From the NCBI GenBank assembly GCA_964016885.1, contig OZ024741.1, forward strand, positions 332,630,001-332,694,000: a stretch of 64,000 nucleotides of DNA, written 5' to 3'. This document shows, in pieces, positions 13,674-27,000 of the stretch. The notes beneath the pieces are model-generated. The model had not been told where the DNA came from, did not search any database, and was given only the letters and a program-made list of their open reading frames with translations. This stretch comes from Eledone cirrhosa. Taxonomy: Eukaryota. How positions within the stretch are numbered: position 1 is the first letter of the stretch; every line of letters begins with the position of its first letter. The translations under genes were made by a program, and so were the position numbers.

Positions 13674-14239
13674 CCCCCTCCCTCCATCTACCTTATAGCT
13701 TTCTCACTTTCACTCCATATGTTTAGGTTACTTCTCCTAAAAATGTCAAACGTCTTATTCTCAGCTTAGATGTAATTAATTCAGCGATTCTCTCTCTCTA
13801 TCCCTACCTCTCCCTCTCTCTCTCTCTCTCTCACCCGATTTCAATCTGCTGCTAAGTCTAGTAGAACAAATATTCATGGAACCTTGAAATATAATTCGCC
13901 AATATCTCTCTGGTAAAAGCAATCGACCAGAGACGGCAGAAGAGAGTTACTGATGCTAGCTCGTATTCTCTACGACACTTTTCATCGGTGGGGGTTTTCA
14001 CCTATTACACATGCTTCACCAGATTCGTACATTTTCACTTGTATTCACTATTGTCTTTTTGGCAAAACTCTACACATTGTTATTTTTATGCATTCCACAT
14101 TTAGACACATTGAAAATTAGGTGCACTGGAGCAAAATCTCTATTTATCTCTCTATCGACTGTTGCCTGATTTGTTTAAAGGAGAAATTTGCCAAATTTTG
14201 TGAACAAAATTACAATTTATAAAAGCTTAAGAATTACTA

Positions 14240-14247
14240 ACACACAC

Positions 14248-14281
<34 letters not shown>

Positions 14282-14452
14282 ATATATGTATATATAAATA
14301 TATGTATGTATATATAAATATATATAAATATATATATGTGTATATATATATGTATGTATATATAAATATATGTGTGTATATATATATATGTATGTATATA
14401 TAAATATATGTGTATATATAAATATATGTATGTATATATAAATATATATATG

Positions 14453-14514
<62 letters not shown>

Positions 14515-14716
14515 AATATATGTATGTATATATAAATATATGTATGTATATATAAATATATATATGTGAATATATATATGTATGTATATATAAATATATA
14601 TGTGTATATATCTATCTATGTATATATATATGTTTGTGTATATGTGTGTATATATATTTATGTGTGTGTGTATATATGTATATTTATATGTGTGTATGTG
14701 TATACACACACTCACA
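14240..14716. repeat. Compound (TA)n/(TG)n microsatellite
   Basis: Direct reading. Confidence 0.95.
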
Positions 14717-15082
14717 TATGATTTGAACTTCAGTTATCCTATTCATTTCTGCTACCCATTGTAGTTTAAATTATAATAGAGTTTAAAATGTAAACTTTTT
14801 TTTTTTTTTAAATAGATATATAGTCAACAGGTTGCTATGACATCCGATGGTAGAAGGCTAGATGACAATGCATTTTTCTCCTGTGACACAATGTCATCTC
14901 ACAAGAGCAGTGGACATATTTGGAGTGAAAGATACACAGGGCAGTATGAAGAACTTCCGGGTATGGAGTTAAGTTAATCCATGGACCACCTGTAATCCTT
15001 GTCAGGTAATTAGATAGTCAAATGATATTTAAATATCCATGCACATTCACATACATGCATACCAATGCATCGCATATATATG

Positions 15083-15169
<87 letters not shown>

Positions 15170-15447
15170 CCCATGCTAGCGTGGAAAATGGACGTTAAGC
15201 GAAGATGATGATGATGATATATATATACACATACAAATGCACACACATAGTACACAAAAGTCACTAAATTTATTTCAGCTATTTCTGGTAATGATCCACT
15301 CACTCAATGAGATAATAAGCTTACAGTTGAGAAACTTCATCTTAAAATACAGAATGCTCACAAATAATTAGTTACTGAGCATTATGGCAGTGTTTTGGTA
15401 ATGATACCTCCATATATATATATATATATATACATATATATATACAC

Positions 15448-16752
15448 AGAGTCCCCCGCTCCATTATCTGGTGGGCTCTTAGAAAACTAGGCGTTGACGA
15501 ATGGCTTGTGAGAGCTATACAAGCCATGTATAAAGAAACAGTCAGCACGGTTAGAATTAACAACGAATATAGTGAAGAGTTTAGCGTAAAAGTTGGCATC
15601 CATCAGGGCTCTGTTCTCAGCCCCCTACTATTTATTATTGCCCTTCAGGCTATAACAGAGGAGTTCAAGACCGGCTGCCCATGGGAACTCCTATACGCAG
15701 ACGACCTGACACTTATAGCGGAATCAATGGCCGAGCTAGAGAAGAAATTCCAAACATGGAAGCACGGCCTAGAATCAAAAGGACTTAAAATTAACCTGGC
15801 TAAGACTAAAGTTCTAGTTTGTAGGAAAGAAAATAAGGCGGCGGTCCCTTCTGGGAAATGGTCGTGCTCGGTGTGTAGGAAAGGCGTAGGTAGAAACTCC
15901 ATTTTATGTGCTAAATGCAAAGTATGGGTGCATAAAAAATGTAGTGGGATCACAGGTAAGCTAACTAAGAACATAGATTTTACATGTGGCCGGTGCTCTG
16001 GTGCAATAAGTAGCAGCAAGTGCCCACAAAATACTAGCTCTTTCAATTGCGCAGAGGGTTCTATAGAAATAGTGGACAGTTTCCATTACCTGGGTGATAA
16101 AATCAGCAGTGGGGGAGGGTGCTCTGAAAGTACAGTAGCTAGAGTCAGAACTGGATGGAAAAAGTTCAGAGAGCTTATACCACTATTAGCTGCTAAAGGG
16201 TTCTCCCTAAAAATGAAAGGCAGGTTGTACGATGCCTGCATACGAACAGCAATGTTGCATGGCAGTGAGACCTGGGCATTGTGTGCAAAGGATATACGCA
16301 GACTAGAGAGGAACGAAGCTTGCATGCTCCGCTGGATGTGTAACAGTAATATACGTGAACGGCAAAGCATAAACGAACTAAGGAAAAAATTAGAAATAAG
16401 AGGGATCAGATGTTGTTTACTCGAGAGAAGGCTACGTTGGTATGGACACGTTATGCGCATGAAAGTCGATAGCTGTATAACAAAGTGCAGGGCAATAAAG
16501 ATAGACGGTAGCCACAGAATAGGCAGACCTAGAAAAACCTGGGACGAGCTGATAAACTCCGACCTCACACACTTACACCTCTCCAAGACAATGTCACTGG
16601 ACCGAGACCTTTGGCGGTACTCAGTAACAGAGAAGACCCGCCTTACCTAAATACATAGTAAAACCTACTACAGCCAGTAGGCATCTCTAACAAAATACCC
16701 CCCCATGCAAGCGTGGAACACGGACGTTAAACATTGATGATGATGATGATGA
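15448..16752 (+). mobile_element. 5'-truncated RTE-clade LINE with an intact 380-aa RT C-terminal ORF (15508-16650), inserted in (TA)n
   Basis: GIHQGSVLSPLLF and LYADD RT motifs, KINLAKTK, YLG, LHGSETW, RLRWYGHVMR and GRPRKTW. 3' tail catgcaagcgtggaacacggacgttaaac(ATG)n. (TA)n on both sides. Confidence 0.92.
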
Positions 16753-16790
16753 TATATATATATATATATATATATATGGAGGTATCATTA

Positions 16791-16852
<62 letters not shown>

Positions 16853-16856
<4 letters not shown>

Positions 16857-17170
16857 TTAGAGTATTGGCCTTGCAATCGAAAGGTTGTGAGTTCAATTCA
16901 CAGACCGGGTGATGTGTTGTTTCCTTGAGCAAGACACTTTATTTCACATTGCTCCAGTTTACTCAGCTGTAGAAATGAGATGATAGGGACTGGGGTCCCT
17001 ATCATTCCACTGCAACGTGGTCGTGGAGGTGCCACGGAAAAAAAGCACCCAGCACTCACTGTAAATGAGGTTGGTGTTAGGAAGGGCATCCAGCTGTAGA
17101 AATTAAGCCAGAATCAGTTCCCGTCCCACCCTTGCAAGCAGGGAAAAAGTGGACGTAAAAAATGAAATGA
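16853..17170 (+). mobile_element. SINE family B copy with tRNA head and RTE-like 3' tail
   Basis: tRNA-like head (ggttagagtattggccttgcaatcgaaaggttgtgagttcaattc), core tccttgagcaagacact, and tail cttgcaagcagggaaaaagtggacgtaaaa. A near-identical inverse copy lies at 21045-21382. Confidence 0.8.
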
Positions 17171-17175
17171 AAAAA

Positions 17176-17207
<32 letters not shown>

Positions 17208-17208
<1 letters not shown>

Positions 17209-17310
17209 GTAATGATAATAAATGTGAAGACTAAAATCCGGAGAGGGCTCGATAAAGAAGATCCTGTTAAGGGTGAAAGCAGCGATTCTTTGCTTAAACT
17301 TTAATCTGTT
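17208..17310 (+). mobile_element. Minimal PLE-derived insertion (family H2) with a partial hammerhead-like motif, in (TA)n
   Basis: Same outer ends as 59921-60235 and 62581-63015: gtaat(g/a)ataataaat.tgaagactaaaatcc... and ...agaagatcc.gttaagggtgaaagcagcgattctttgcttaaactttaatctgtt. Confidence 0.75.
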
Positions 17311-18034
17311 ATATATATATATATATCACAAAGAAGGTTATTTGTCACTAATATACTGAACATCTCAATGAAAAGGTAGCTAAAATATATCTAAATCAGA
17401 GAAGCATATAAACATAGAATAACTTAGGCAAAGTTTATCTATTAAGATGGTCAACATTGTTTCTTGATTCCAGAGACTGGAGTCAGGGAATAGATGCAAG
17501 TGAAGCTTTTTCACATTAGTTTGTTTTAGTCGTACTCTTCCCATTGTTAACTTTGTATAAGTTATTCTATCTTTATATATATATAGTTGCTCAGGAGTGT
17601 TGTTTATCTTAGTTGTTATGTAGTAACTTCCTGATGATAAGAATGTCCTAGCGTTCCAAAGCACTACACATCAGTAGTCTATCACCAGGTAGGTGATAAT
17701 GAATAACGGAGTATTCATTCATCAAATAATGGTAAAGACTGGATTAAATCACCATAATTGTTTATTGTTATATCTGGTTATTCATGTGACTTCATCAGAT
17801 GCTTACCCAATCATTGGTGCAGTTATTTAATCATTGTGATATGCCAGTGGCCATGCACATCCGTCCAGTATATTATATAATGTGGAAAGTGATATAAGGT
17901 TAAACAATGCAAAATGGATGACAAGATAAAGGTAACAAAAAATTTAGTTACCTGGTAATCTTTGTTTTGTTTTTGATGTTGTTGTTTCTTCTGTCTTAAC
18001 ATTAGCACGAAAGAAACAACAGCAACAAGAACAA

Positions 18035-18074
<40 letters not shown>

Positions 18075-20019
18075 TATAGTGCTAAGCAACTCTCAGGAGA
18101 GCTGGAGAGCAGAAGGTCTTCAGAGTAAAAGAATGGCTTCTTAAAACACATCCTTCAAATCATATCCATCACATCATCATCATCACCATCATGATTTTAC
18201 ACCCTTTTTTTTTACCTGTTTGAATTGTTTTTCCTGCAGATTTAATCTTGCTGTGTGTTCTAAAGTAGTTACTGATCAGAGCTCACTCTGATAAGGTAGT
18301 ATGGTACTGCTGGGGTTGGATTAGCCATAAAGCAAAATAAACATGTCTAACCCTTTACTCTACTATTACATTTTCATAGTAAAGGCTTTATTTCCCATAA
18401 TATGGAATCTATGAGATTTTGATGATGTTATTAATTTCTGAGAACTATACCTTAAGGTCAATATGAGTAGCCAGTTATGGCCAGATTGAACAGAAAGAAG
18501 TGAGAGAATTCTGGCCGGATATGGTCGGTTTAAATGCCAAAGGGTTATAGCACAAGGAAGAAAGAGAAACACCATTTTATCGAAATTAAATGTATTTGTC
18601 ATAAAAAAAATAATAATAATTTGCAGGTGTTATATATATTGGTAGGGAGCACCATGGTCTTTTAATGACTTGATCTAGATAGTTCTAGATACACAAGTAG
18701 GCCATAGAGGGATTTGAACTTAAAAATGAGATATGTAAAAAACTAGATTGCAAGATAACTCATTGGATACTGTAAGAATGGAGTGAAGATGACAAAAGAA
18801 AGGTGGAGGAGAAAGAGTAGGGGGAGTATAGGTACATTACTTGCTCAACAGATCAGTGATTCAAAAGGGGGAGTAGGAGTGATGATAGTAAAACAATGGA
18901 AGAGTCACAAACATGACACAGCATGTCGGGTGTTAATGGGTTATAGGTTGAAATATTTATTAATGATCTGTGAAGATTTATTGCTCTTCAATCAGATGGC
19001 CATTCTACACACATATACACTCACTCATATGCACACATATGCACTCACATATACGTACACATTCCCTCCCCAACATGCATTCACACATATGCACATACTC
19101 TCTCTCCCTCTCTCTCTCCATCACACACACAAACACAACATATTCACACTCACACATACACACATATATGCATTCACATACACGCATTTAAACTCATATA
19201 CACTCACATAGCACACAGACTCCCTCACACACGTATTCACATGCACACATATATATATATATATATATATACACACGACATACACACACACACACTCACA
19301 CAAACTTTTAAAAAAATATAAACAAATATATATTATATTACTCTCTGTTGCTACTTTGAGTTTCATGGATCCCTGATGATCTTCAGAAATCCATGTAACT
19401 CCACCAGAGAAAAACCTCAACAATATAATGAATATATAATATTCTCTACTTTGGTATTGAGCACTCTTTTCTTCATATTTCTAAACCCAAACATATGGTT
19501 ATATAATGGTTTCCAATTTAGGCACAAGGCCAACAATTTTGGGGAAGGGGAAAGTCAATTAAATCAACCCCATTGCATTACTAGTATTTTATTTTATTAA
19601 CCCAATAAGGAGGAAAAGCAAAGTTAACTTTGGTGGGATTTGAACTCAGAACATAAAGGAATGTAACTCTATACTACTGCAAAGCATGTGGCCTGATACT
19701 CTACCAATTCTGCCAATGCACTGCCCTTGTATGGATAAATAATAATAAGCCTTTTGTTGAAAGAAAACATTGCCTATGATTTTCAAATAATTTTGCAATA
19801 TGGATTTAGTAATATGACTAACTTTCTCATTATTAAGCTGGTATTTTGGAACATAACTTAACAAAGGTTCTCACATAGAATTATCATGGGAGGTTATTAC
19901 ATAGAATTATAATGAGAGGATTTTAGATAAATATAAACATTTTAAAAATTATAGTTTTTGTAACATAGAATCAGAGGTGATTTCAGGCAGTTTGGTGTGA
20001 AAAGTGTTAACATATTAAA

Positions 20020-20220
20020 ATAATAATAATAATTGTTTCTACTTTAGGCACAAGGCCAGCAATTACCCAGTACATTACTGGTACTTTATTTTATCGACCC
20101 TCGTAAGGATGAAAGGCAAAGTAAACCTCGGCGGGATTTGAACTCAGACCGTAAAGGGACGTAACTCTGCTGGAAAGCATGGCGTCCGACTCTCTACCGA
20201 TACTGCCAATCCACCACCCT
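20020..20220 (-). mobile_element. SINE family A, near-consensus copy
   Basis: Full head (gggtggtggattggcagtatcggtagag), B box, core and (ATT)n tail. Similar copies at 19500-19725, 32805-33025, 46085-46275, 50128-50310 and 50450-50655. Confidence 0.85.
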
Positions 20221-21044
20221 AAAATAATAATAATAATAATAACAATAATAAAATACTAAACGGAATGCTTACAAAATGGTGATTTTTTTTTATGTCCATT
20301 ATAGTGTTGAATTGACATTTACTGCATTCATGTTACTTTTTATTTTTAAATTAGAATTTATATTTATTCATAATTAAACTTTAATAATTAATGCTTCTGA
20401 CAAGATTATCTTGTAACATCTCTAATCTTTTTAATCATTACAAGCTATTATGATAAAACTGGCATCTAATTTATACAGTTCTCTCCTAGCCCCAGCCTCA
20501 AACTCACTGAATAGCTGCTGATAAAATTCCTGGTTTTTGAAAGTTCTTAAATGCAGCTTTAATTTAATGATTTGTCATAATTTTTTTTTTTTCAAACAGA
20601 GTTCACATCTGGGTGAACATGTTTTTTTTTATGTTTGAAGGTCATATTGAATTAACCCCTTTCGATACCAAACCCTCTAAAAAGTAGCCTTCATTCTATA
20701 TTAAGAAATTCTTTGTTTTACTATTTCTCCCCTTTAAAAATTACATTAAGGGTACACATGTCTGTGGAATGCTCAGCCACTAACATGTTAAATTACTGAA
20801 CAGGCTATACCATTGATTAAACAACTGGAACACTCATCATTGAAACCAAGAGATATCCATTGATATATATATATACATATATATAAGGTTCCTAGACTAG
20901 TTCTGTAGTTCATCAACAGATAGCAACACATGGTTGTGCCTGCAGTGAGAGCTAGCAGTGAAGTTCATGCACCAGTGTGCTGAGTGAAATCGCTATGTTC
21001 CCTTCACAAGTTGTGAAATTTGTGTTTTGTGATCATGTGTATGA

Positions 21045-21382
21045 TGATCATCATCATCATTTTACGTCCGCTTTTCCTTGCTTGCAAGGGTGGGACGGGA
21101 ATTGATTCTGGCTTGATTTCTACAGCTGGATGCCCTTCCTAACACCAACCTCATTTACAGTGAGTGCTGAGTGCTTTTTTGCCATGGCACCTCCACGACC
21201 ACTTTTCAGTGGAATGATAGGGACCCCAGTCCCTATCATCACATTTCTACAGCTGAGTAAACTGGGGCAATGTGAAATAAAGTGTCTTGCTCAAGGAAAC
21301 AACACATCACCCGGTCTGAGAATTGAACTCACAACCTTTCGATTGCAAGGCCAATGCTCTAACCACTAAGCCATGTGCCTCC
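21045..21382 (-). mobile_element. SINE family B, full length with RTE-like tail
   Basis: Reverse complement of 16853-17170, with intact head ggaggcacatggcttagtggttagagc and a (GAT)n tail. Confidence 0.8.
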
Positions 21383-21399
21383 ATATGATGTAGCTTGCA

Positions 21400-22850
21400 A
21401 TTGTGTCATGAACAGAGCATCACCTTTGCCCTTGCAGTAATTTATGATTGTACTGCTGCACCAGTCATTGGGTATGACTTTGACCTGTATTACATGGTTG
21501 ACTATGTGGGTTACTAGTTTGACTCCTACTTCTTCTGATGCTTTTAACATCTCAGAAACTATCTCTGATGATCCTGCAGCTTTACCATTCTTCATCTCTT
21601 TGATTCCTTCTTTGACTATAACTGTCAGCTTCAATAGCTGATCCTTCTGTTGAGTAGGTTGGAGTAGTTTCTCTTTCTCCTATTCATTCTCTACATTCAT
21701 CAATCTCTCATTGTAACATTTCCAGGCCTCCTTTCTGTTGGGCACCAGTGGTGCTAAGTACACCAGCGTCATTTCTAACACATTTTCCCCAACAACATCA
21801 TGATCTACACCAACACACTGCCTTGCAATGTAAAACACTTTACATCTCTGGTTCTCACATCTCAAGATTTTAGCAAACTTTCTTTTTTCAGCCTCTCTCC
21901 AAGTTATGTATACTTGTCTAGCTTCTCTCTTAGCAACCTAGTACTCAATTTTCCAGTCTTTCCATACCTGTCTCTTGGCTTTAATGGCTCTATCTAATGT
22001 GCTGTTCCACCACCTGGTCACCCTCTATCTGGCTGGTGCTTTACTCCAACCACAAGTCTCGTCAGTAGTTTGTAAAAGGTTGTCACATAGGAATTTCCAG
22101 TTGTCTTCTATGTCATATGTACCTAGCTCATCACCCCTCTCATATACTGCATTCTGTAGGGCCTTTTTAAACCTATATTTTACTGAAAGGTCCTTTAGTT
22201 TCCAAATCTTTGGTCTCCATATTTTCCTATGTGTCTTGTTTTGTCTGGTGTTTATTTTGATGTCACTAGTAACTAACTTGTGCTAGACGGTACATTCTTC
22301 CCCAGGGAAGACCTTCCTGTTTATTACAGTCAGTCTATCTTGTCTTACGAGTAAGTAATCAATTTGGCTTTTGTGTTCATCTGATTTATATGAGATCAGG
22401 TGGCTGGCTGGCTGGCTGGTTGATTTCTTGAAATTTGTGTTGCAAATGGTTAGTTCATTCACATCACAGAATTCCAGGAGCCCCAGTCCTTCTCCATTTC
22501 TTGAGCCATAGCCATAGCTGCCATGAACTCCACAGAATCTGTTTTGGTACTTTCTCACATGTCCATAAAGTCACCTGTCAGAATGATGAAATCTCTTTCA
22601 TCAGTCCCTCAAGTTGACTGTAAAAGTTCCTCACAGAACCTGTCCTTTTGGTCTTTACTTAGTCCTCCATTTGGAACATAGTTAGATGTAATTGTCACCA
22701 TTATATTTCCTACAGCTATTCGAAGTTTCATCATTCTATCACTTACTCTAACTACTTCTATCACTTTATCCATTTCTCAGCAAGTAAGATGCCTACACCA
22801 TTGTCATTTTCTACCATGTAGAGTTTATACATCTGTTGTTTGCCTGTAAT
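21400..22850 (-). mobile_element. Degenerate RTE-type LINE fragment (APE endonuclease through pre-RT region)
   Basis: Minus-strand peptides NGVGILLAEKW, GVHGSYGYGSRNGEG..LLEFC..NELTICNTNFKK, SQIDYLLVR and MKNGKAAG...SEMLKA..IPNDWCSS..KGKGDA, with frameshifts and stops. Confidence 0.85.
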
Positions 22851-22857
22851 TAGTCTA

Positions 22858-22907
<50 letters not shown>

Positions 22908-23899
22908 CATCATGCTACCATGGAAGAATGGACGTAAAATGGTGGTGATGATGATGATATATATATGTATGAATGTATATATGTTTTTACATCTCATTGT
23001 TAGATAGCTTATCAAGCTTGTTATATTTTATCTTTGGCTTTTTTCTAATGTATCTATTTTTGTCTAAATCTAACATGTTTTTCATTTTTTGTTCTTTGTT
23101 TTAACATATAAACATATCTCTCTTTCTTATTACTCATAAACAAATACTTTATTAAAATTTCTCTCTTGCACAACCCATTATTTGTACACAAATAACAAAT
23201 AACCATCTTATTAGCAAGGATCCTGTTGTCATTTCATTTTTCTATTTTTTGTTTTTGTTTCTATGCAAGGTTTTCTTCACCACCAACAAAACCTTATTGC
23301 ATTTACCTTTACTTGTTATTATTAATCATATTTTTTGTTGTTGTTAGTTTAGCCTCTTTTATTTTATTTTTGGTTACATGCAGGGTTTTCTAACAACAGT
23401 ACCCAAACCCTCCACCCCTCTACCTACACACTTCATTATTCCCCATTGTATTTTTTGTTTGTTTGTTTTTGGTTGTTTTTTTTAATTGTATTTTGTTTTG
23501 TTTGAGAGTAAAACCTCATTTGTCAGATATAACAATAGCTATATTATTACTTTCACTTTTGTCATCCCTATTATTACCATCATTATCATCATCATGGGTT
23601 TCTATGGCTGGATGCCCTTCCTAACGCCAATCACATTGACAGTGTTTGCTGGGTGCTTTTTGCCGTGTCTTTTATATATATTGCTACGATGACTTAACCA
23701 CCTTGAACTTCTTCTTTGCTCTTTACGCCTTACATCTACTAAGACTTTTATTACTCTCTGAACTCACTTTCTGTACCCTTATTTTCTCTTTCTCCCTTAT
23801 CTCCTCTTATTTTCTAACTTTTTATTTTCCTTATTCCCACCTACTCTCTACCTTACCCTTTACATACCCACCCCCTTTTGATTTTTAGATATTAATTTT

Positions 23900-24392
23900 A
23901 CGTGTATGTATGTTGTCGTGTATATGTGTATATAAGTGTATGCATATATATATATATATATATATGTGTATATGTATGTAAACATTTTTTATGTATATGT
24001 GTATGTGTATATACATATATATAATTGTGTGTGTGTGTGTTTATATGTGTGCGTGTGTGTATTTATTTATGTGGTCTTGTAACACTTTGTACTTATGTGT
24101 GTGTGTATATTAGTGTGTGAGTATATATATACATGTATATGTATATATATATGTATATATATTTGTATGTAGTTGGTTGTGTGTGTGTGTGTGTGTATGT
24201 ATGGTTTTGTATTTATATGCATAATTACATACAGAGTTTTTTAATGCTTACTTTTATTGATTATTTGCTCCAAGAACTATTGAGTGCTCTTAATCAGCTA
24301 TAAACATTTATACCTTTATATTTTTTATTTGTTGTATGCCCTACTATTTGAATACCCCTTCCTTCCCTTTATTTTTATTTTGTGTATGTATG

Positions 24393-24439
<47 letters not shown>

Positions 24440-24545
24440 GTATACATAAAATTTAAAATAAATTTTTATGTATTTCTTTTATATATATATATGTATATAT
24501 GTGTATATGTGTGTATGTATATAATTATGTATATGCGTGCATGTA

Positions 24546-24597
<52 letters not shown>

Positions 24598-24608
24598 GTG
24601 TGTGTGTA

Positions 24609-24643
<35 letters not shown>

Positions 24644-24650
24644 TTACATG

Positions 24651-24686
<36 letters not shown>

Positions 24687-25505
24687 TGTGATGCGTATGA
24701 AGGATGACAGCTGCATAACAGGTGCAGAGCACTAGAAGTCAATGGAAACCGCGGAGTGGGGAGACCAAAGAAGACCTGGGATGAGGTAATAAAAGCCGAC
24801 CTTACCCAATTACCCCTCTCAAAGGCGATGACACACGACCGTGACCTCTGGCGTCACGCAGTAATACAGAGTACCCGACCTCCCATGGGTACAAGCTGAA
24901 GCATAGAGACAATATGCCCCACACCCTCCCACTGCAAGGTGGTCGTGGAGGTGCCACGGCAAAAAAGCACCCAGCCCACACTGTAAAGTGGACGTGTAGG
25001 CGCCACGGAAAAAGCACCCAGCACTCACTGTAAATGAGGTTGGTGTTAGGAAGGGCATCCAGCTGTAGAAATCAAGCCAAAATCAGTTCCTGTATGAGCA
25101 AGGCATAGTCAGCCGACCAGACACTGCCCACAACAGGACAACCCGTCTAACCCGGGCTAGCATGGAAGAACGGACATAAAACGGTGATGATGATGATGAT
25201 GATGATATATATATATATGTGTATGTGCGTGCGTGTGTACGTACCTATGCGTATGTGTGTATGAAACTTTATAGTTTATATTTATGTTTTTATCTTTAAG
25301 AAATTTTTACTATATGTGTGTATGTGGTTGTATACATTTATGTGTGCGTGTATATGTATTTGTATGTATATACTCTTTTGTGTCTGTGCTGTGTTTATAT
25401 GTATGGGGTGTGCTTGTATAATTTTTATGTATGCGTATGTGTGTGTGTATTATATATATGTGTGTGTGTATGTGTATATATATGTGTGTGTGTGTGTATG
25501 TACAC

Positions 25506-25553
<48 letters not shown>

Positions 25554-25600
25554 ATATATATATATATTTTTATATATCTAATATATATTTGTGAAATGGG
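23900..25600. repeat. Compound (TA)/(TG) microsatellite field containing an RTE 3' fragment (24685-25205, plus strand)
   Basis: [11 protein letters not shown]...GRPKKTWDEVI..DL motif, followed by the aagggcatccagc module and a (GAT)n tail. Confidence 0.8.
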
Positions 25601-26399
25601 TGGTGGTTGAAATTCAGATGTGCACGGTTAAATGGTAGTAGACGTGGTCGGACGGACATGAAAATTTACACACCTATGTAAAAAGGGCCAAGGAAGCAAA
25701 TAGACGAGGTTTCAAATCTCTAACTTGAAAAATGTGGTCCCTAGGGCCCCCAAACGGTCTATTTACTATCGCGTTTGGTGAGTTATTTCCTCCTGTTCTA
25801 ATACTTGGCTGAGTTATTTACAATTTCATACAAATTTCTAAACTCATTAACGTTCTTTCGCTGTTAACATACAGTACCAATAATTTAAAAAATATTATTG
25901 AAAGTTTATTATAAAGAAGCAGTTTCAGGAAAAAGTGTAAACTATCATACAAACCTTCATAATATGTATTTTTAAACTTGCATATCATCGACATTGCTAT
26001 TTCGCTGTTAATAAACTATCATCCTTCTACATTTAACGATCATACAGTACCGTTTTATGAAATCGATTCTGCAGTACGGTCACTGTTTTCCACAAAAGAA
26101 ATAAAACCCTTAAATTGCGAAGAAGGGACGCGTGTTTTTATTTTAATTCTAATACATGTTAACCACCACTAACAGTAAGTAGTATTTTTCAAATTGCATA
26201 TCATCGACATTGCTATTTCGCTGTTAATAAACACCACTTTTCACGTCGCTCCACTTCTCATTGTACGCTGTCCAGCCCCAAGTGTATATTTCTATTTATT
26301 TTCCTGAAACTGCTTCTTTATAATAAACTTTCAATAATATTTTTCAAATTATTAATTTAATAAAAAGTGGGCATGGGTGCAACCGGGCTCAGCTGCTAG
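25577..26399 (+). mobile_element. Non-autonomous Helitron-like element
   Basis: Starts A|TC (atctaatatatat) and ends with GC-rich gggtgcaaccgggctcagctgCTAG|T. No TSD. Internal direct and inverted duplications. Confidence 0.65.
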
Positions 26400-26452
26400 T
26401 ATATATATATTTAGAGTTTTTTTGTGCATTTGCTTACCACGTGCGTTTGGTC

Positions 26453-26492
<40 letters not shown>

Positions 26493-26729
26493 TTTATTTT
26501 AAATTTTGCCGTCTTGATTCGCTGTCAACTAATAATATTTTTATTTTTTTTATTTTTTTATTTTCTTAATCCTTATTTTTTATGTGATGGCTTATTATGA
26601 TTATTTATTCTTATTTGTGTGTGTGCATATGTATCCTTTTATATGTGAGTATGTATGCATGTGTGTGTATATATATATATGTGTATGTATGTGTGTGTGT
26701 ATGTATGTGTGTGTATGTGTATATATATG

Positions 26730-26762
<33 letters not shown>

Positions 26763-26787
26763 GTATGTGTGTGCATGTATATATATA

Positions 26788-26942
26788 GTCACTTAGACGT
26801 TTTTTATATTCGTCTTATTCGGGAAACCTCTGGTAATGAGGTAATTATATTGTATTGTTTATTATACATTAAATTTTGCTCTGGTACTTACATAGAGCAC
26901 TCTTCACTCCTATGACTTTTTCATTTTTCAACGGAAACTTCA

Positions 26943-26945
<3 letters not shown>
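26788..26945 (+). mobile_element. Diverged relative of PLE family H3 (partial hammerhead-like 3' half)
   Basis: agacg...cgtct stem, then GAAACCTCTGGTAATGAGGTAATTATAT, versus GAAACCGTTGGTAATGGAGTAATTATAT at 60648. atagagcactctt also matches the H3 left extension. Flanked by (TA)n. Confidence 0.55.

Positions 26946-27000
<55 letters not shown>

Noticed and set aside
15305-15350. Minus-strand AAGATGA-AGT..ACT-GTAAGCTT resembling a hammerhead core
   Set aside because: Too many core mismatches and no stem I.
15645-16586. 133-aa and 166-aa minus-strand ORFs (also 55446-56033 plus)
   Set aside because: Antisense shadows of RTE coding sequence.
17625-17800. CTGATGA/TTGATGA heptamers with nearby hairpins
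   Set aside because: No properly placed GAAA or stem I could be built. Possibly decayed remnants, but unsupported.
21310-21382. tRNA-like sequence with A/B boxes (also 44328-44400)
   Set aside because: SINE heads that continue into SINE core and tail, so not called as tRNA genes.
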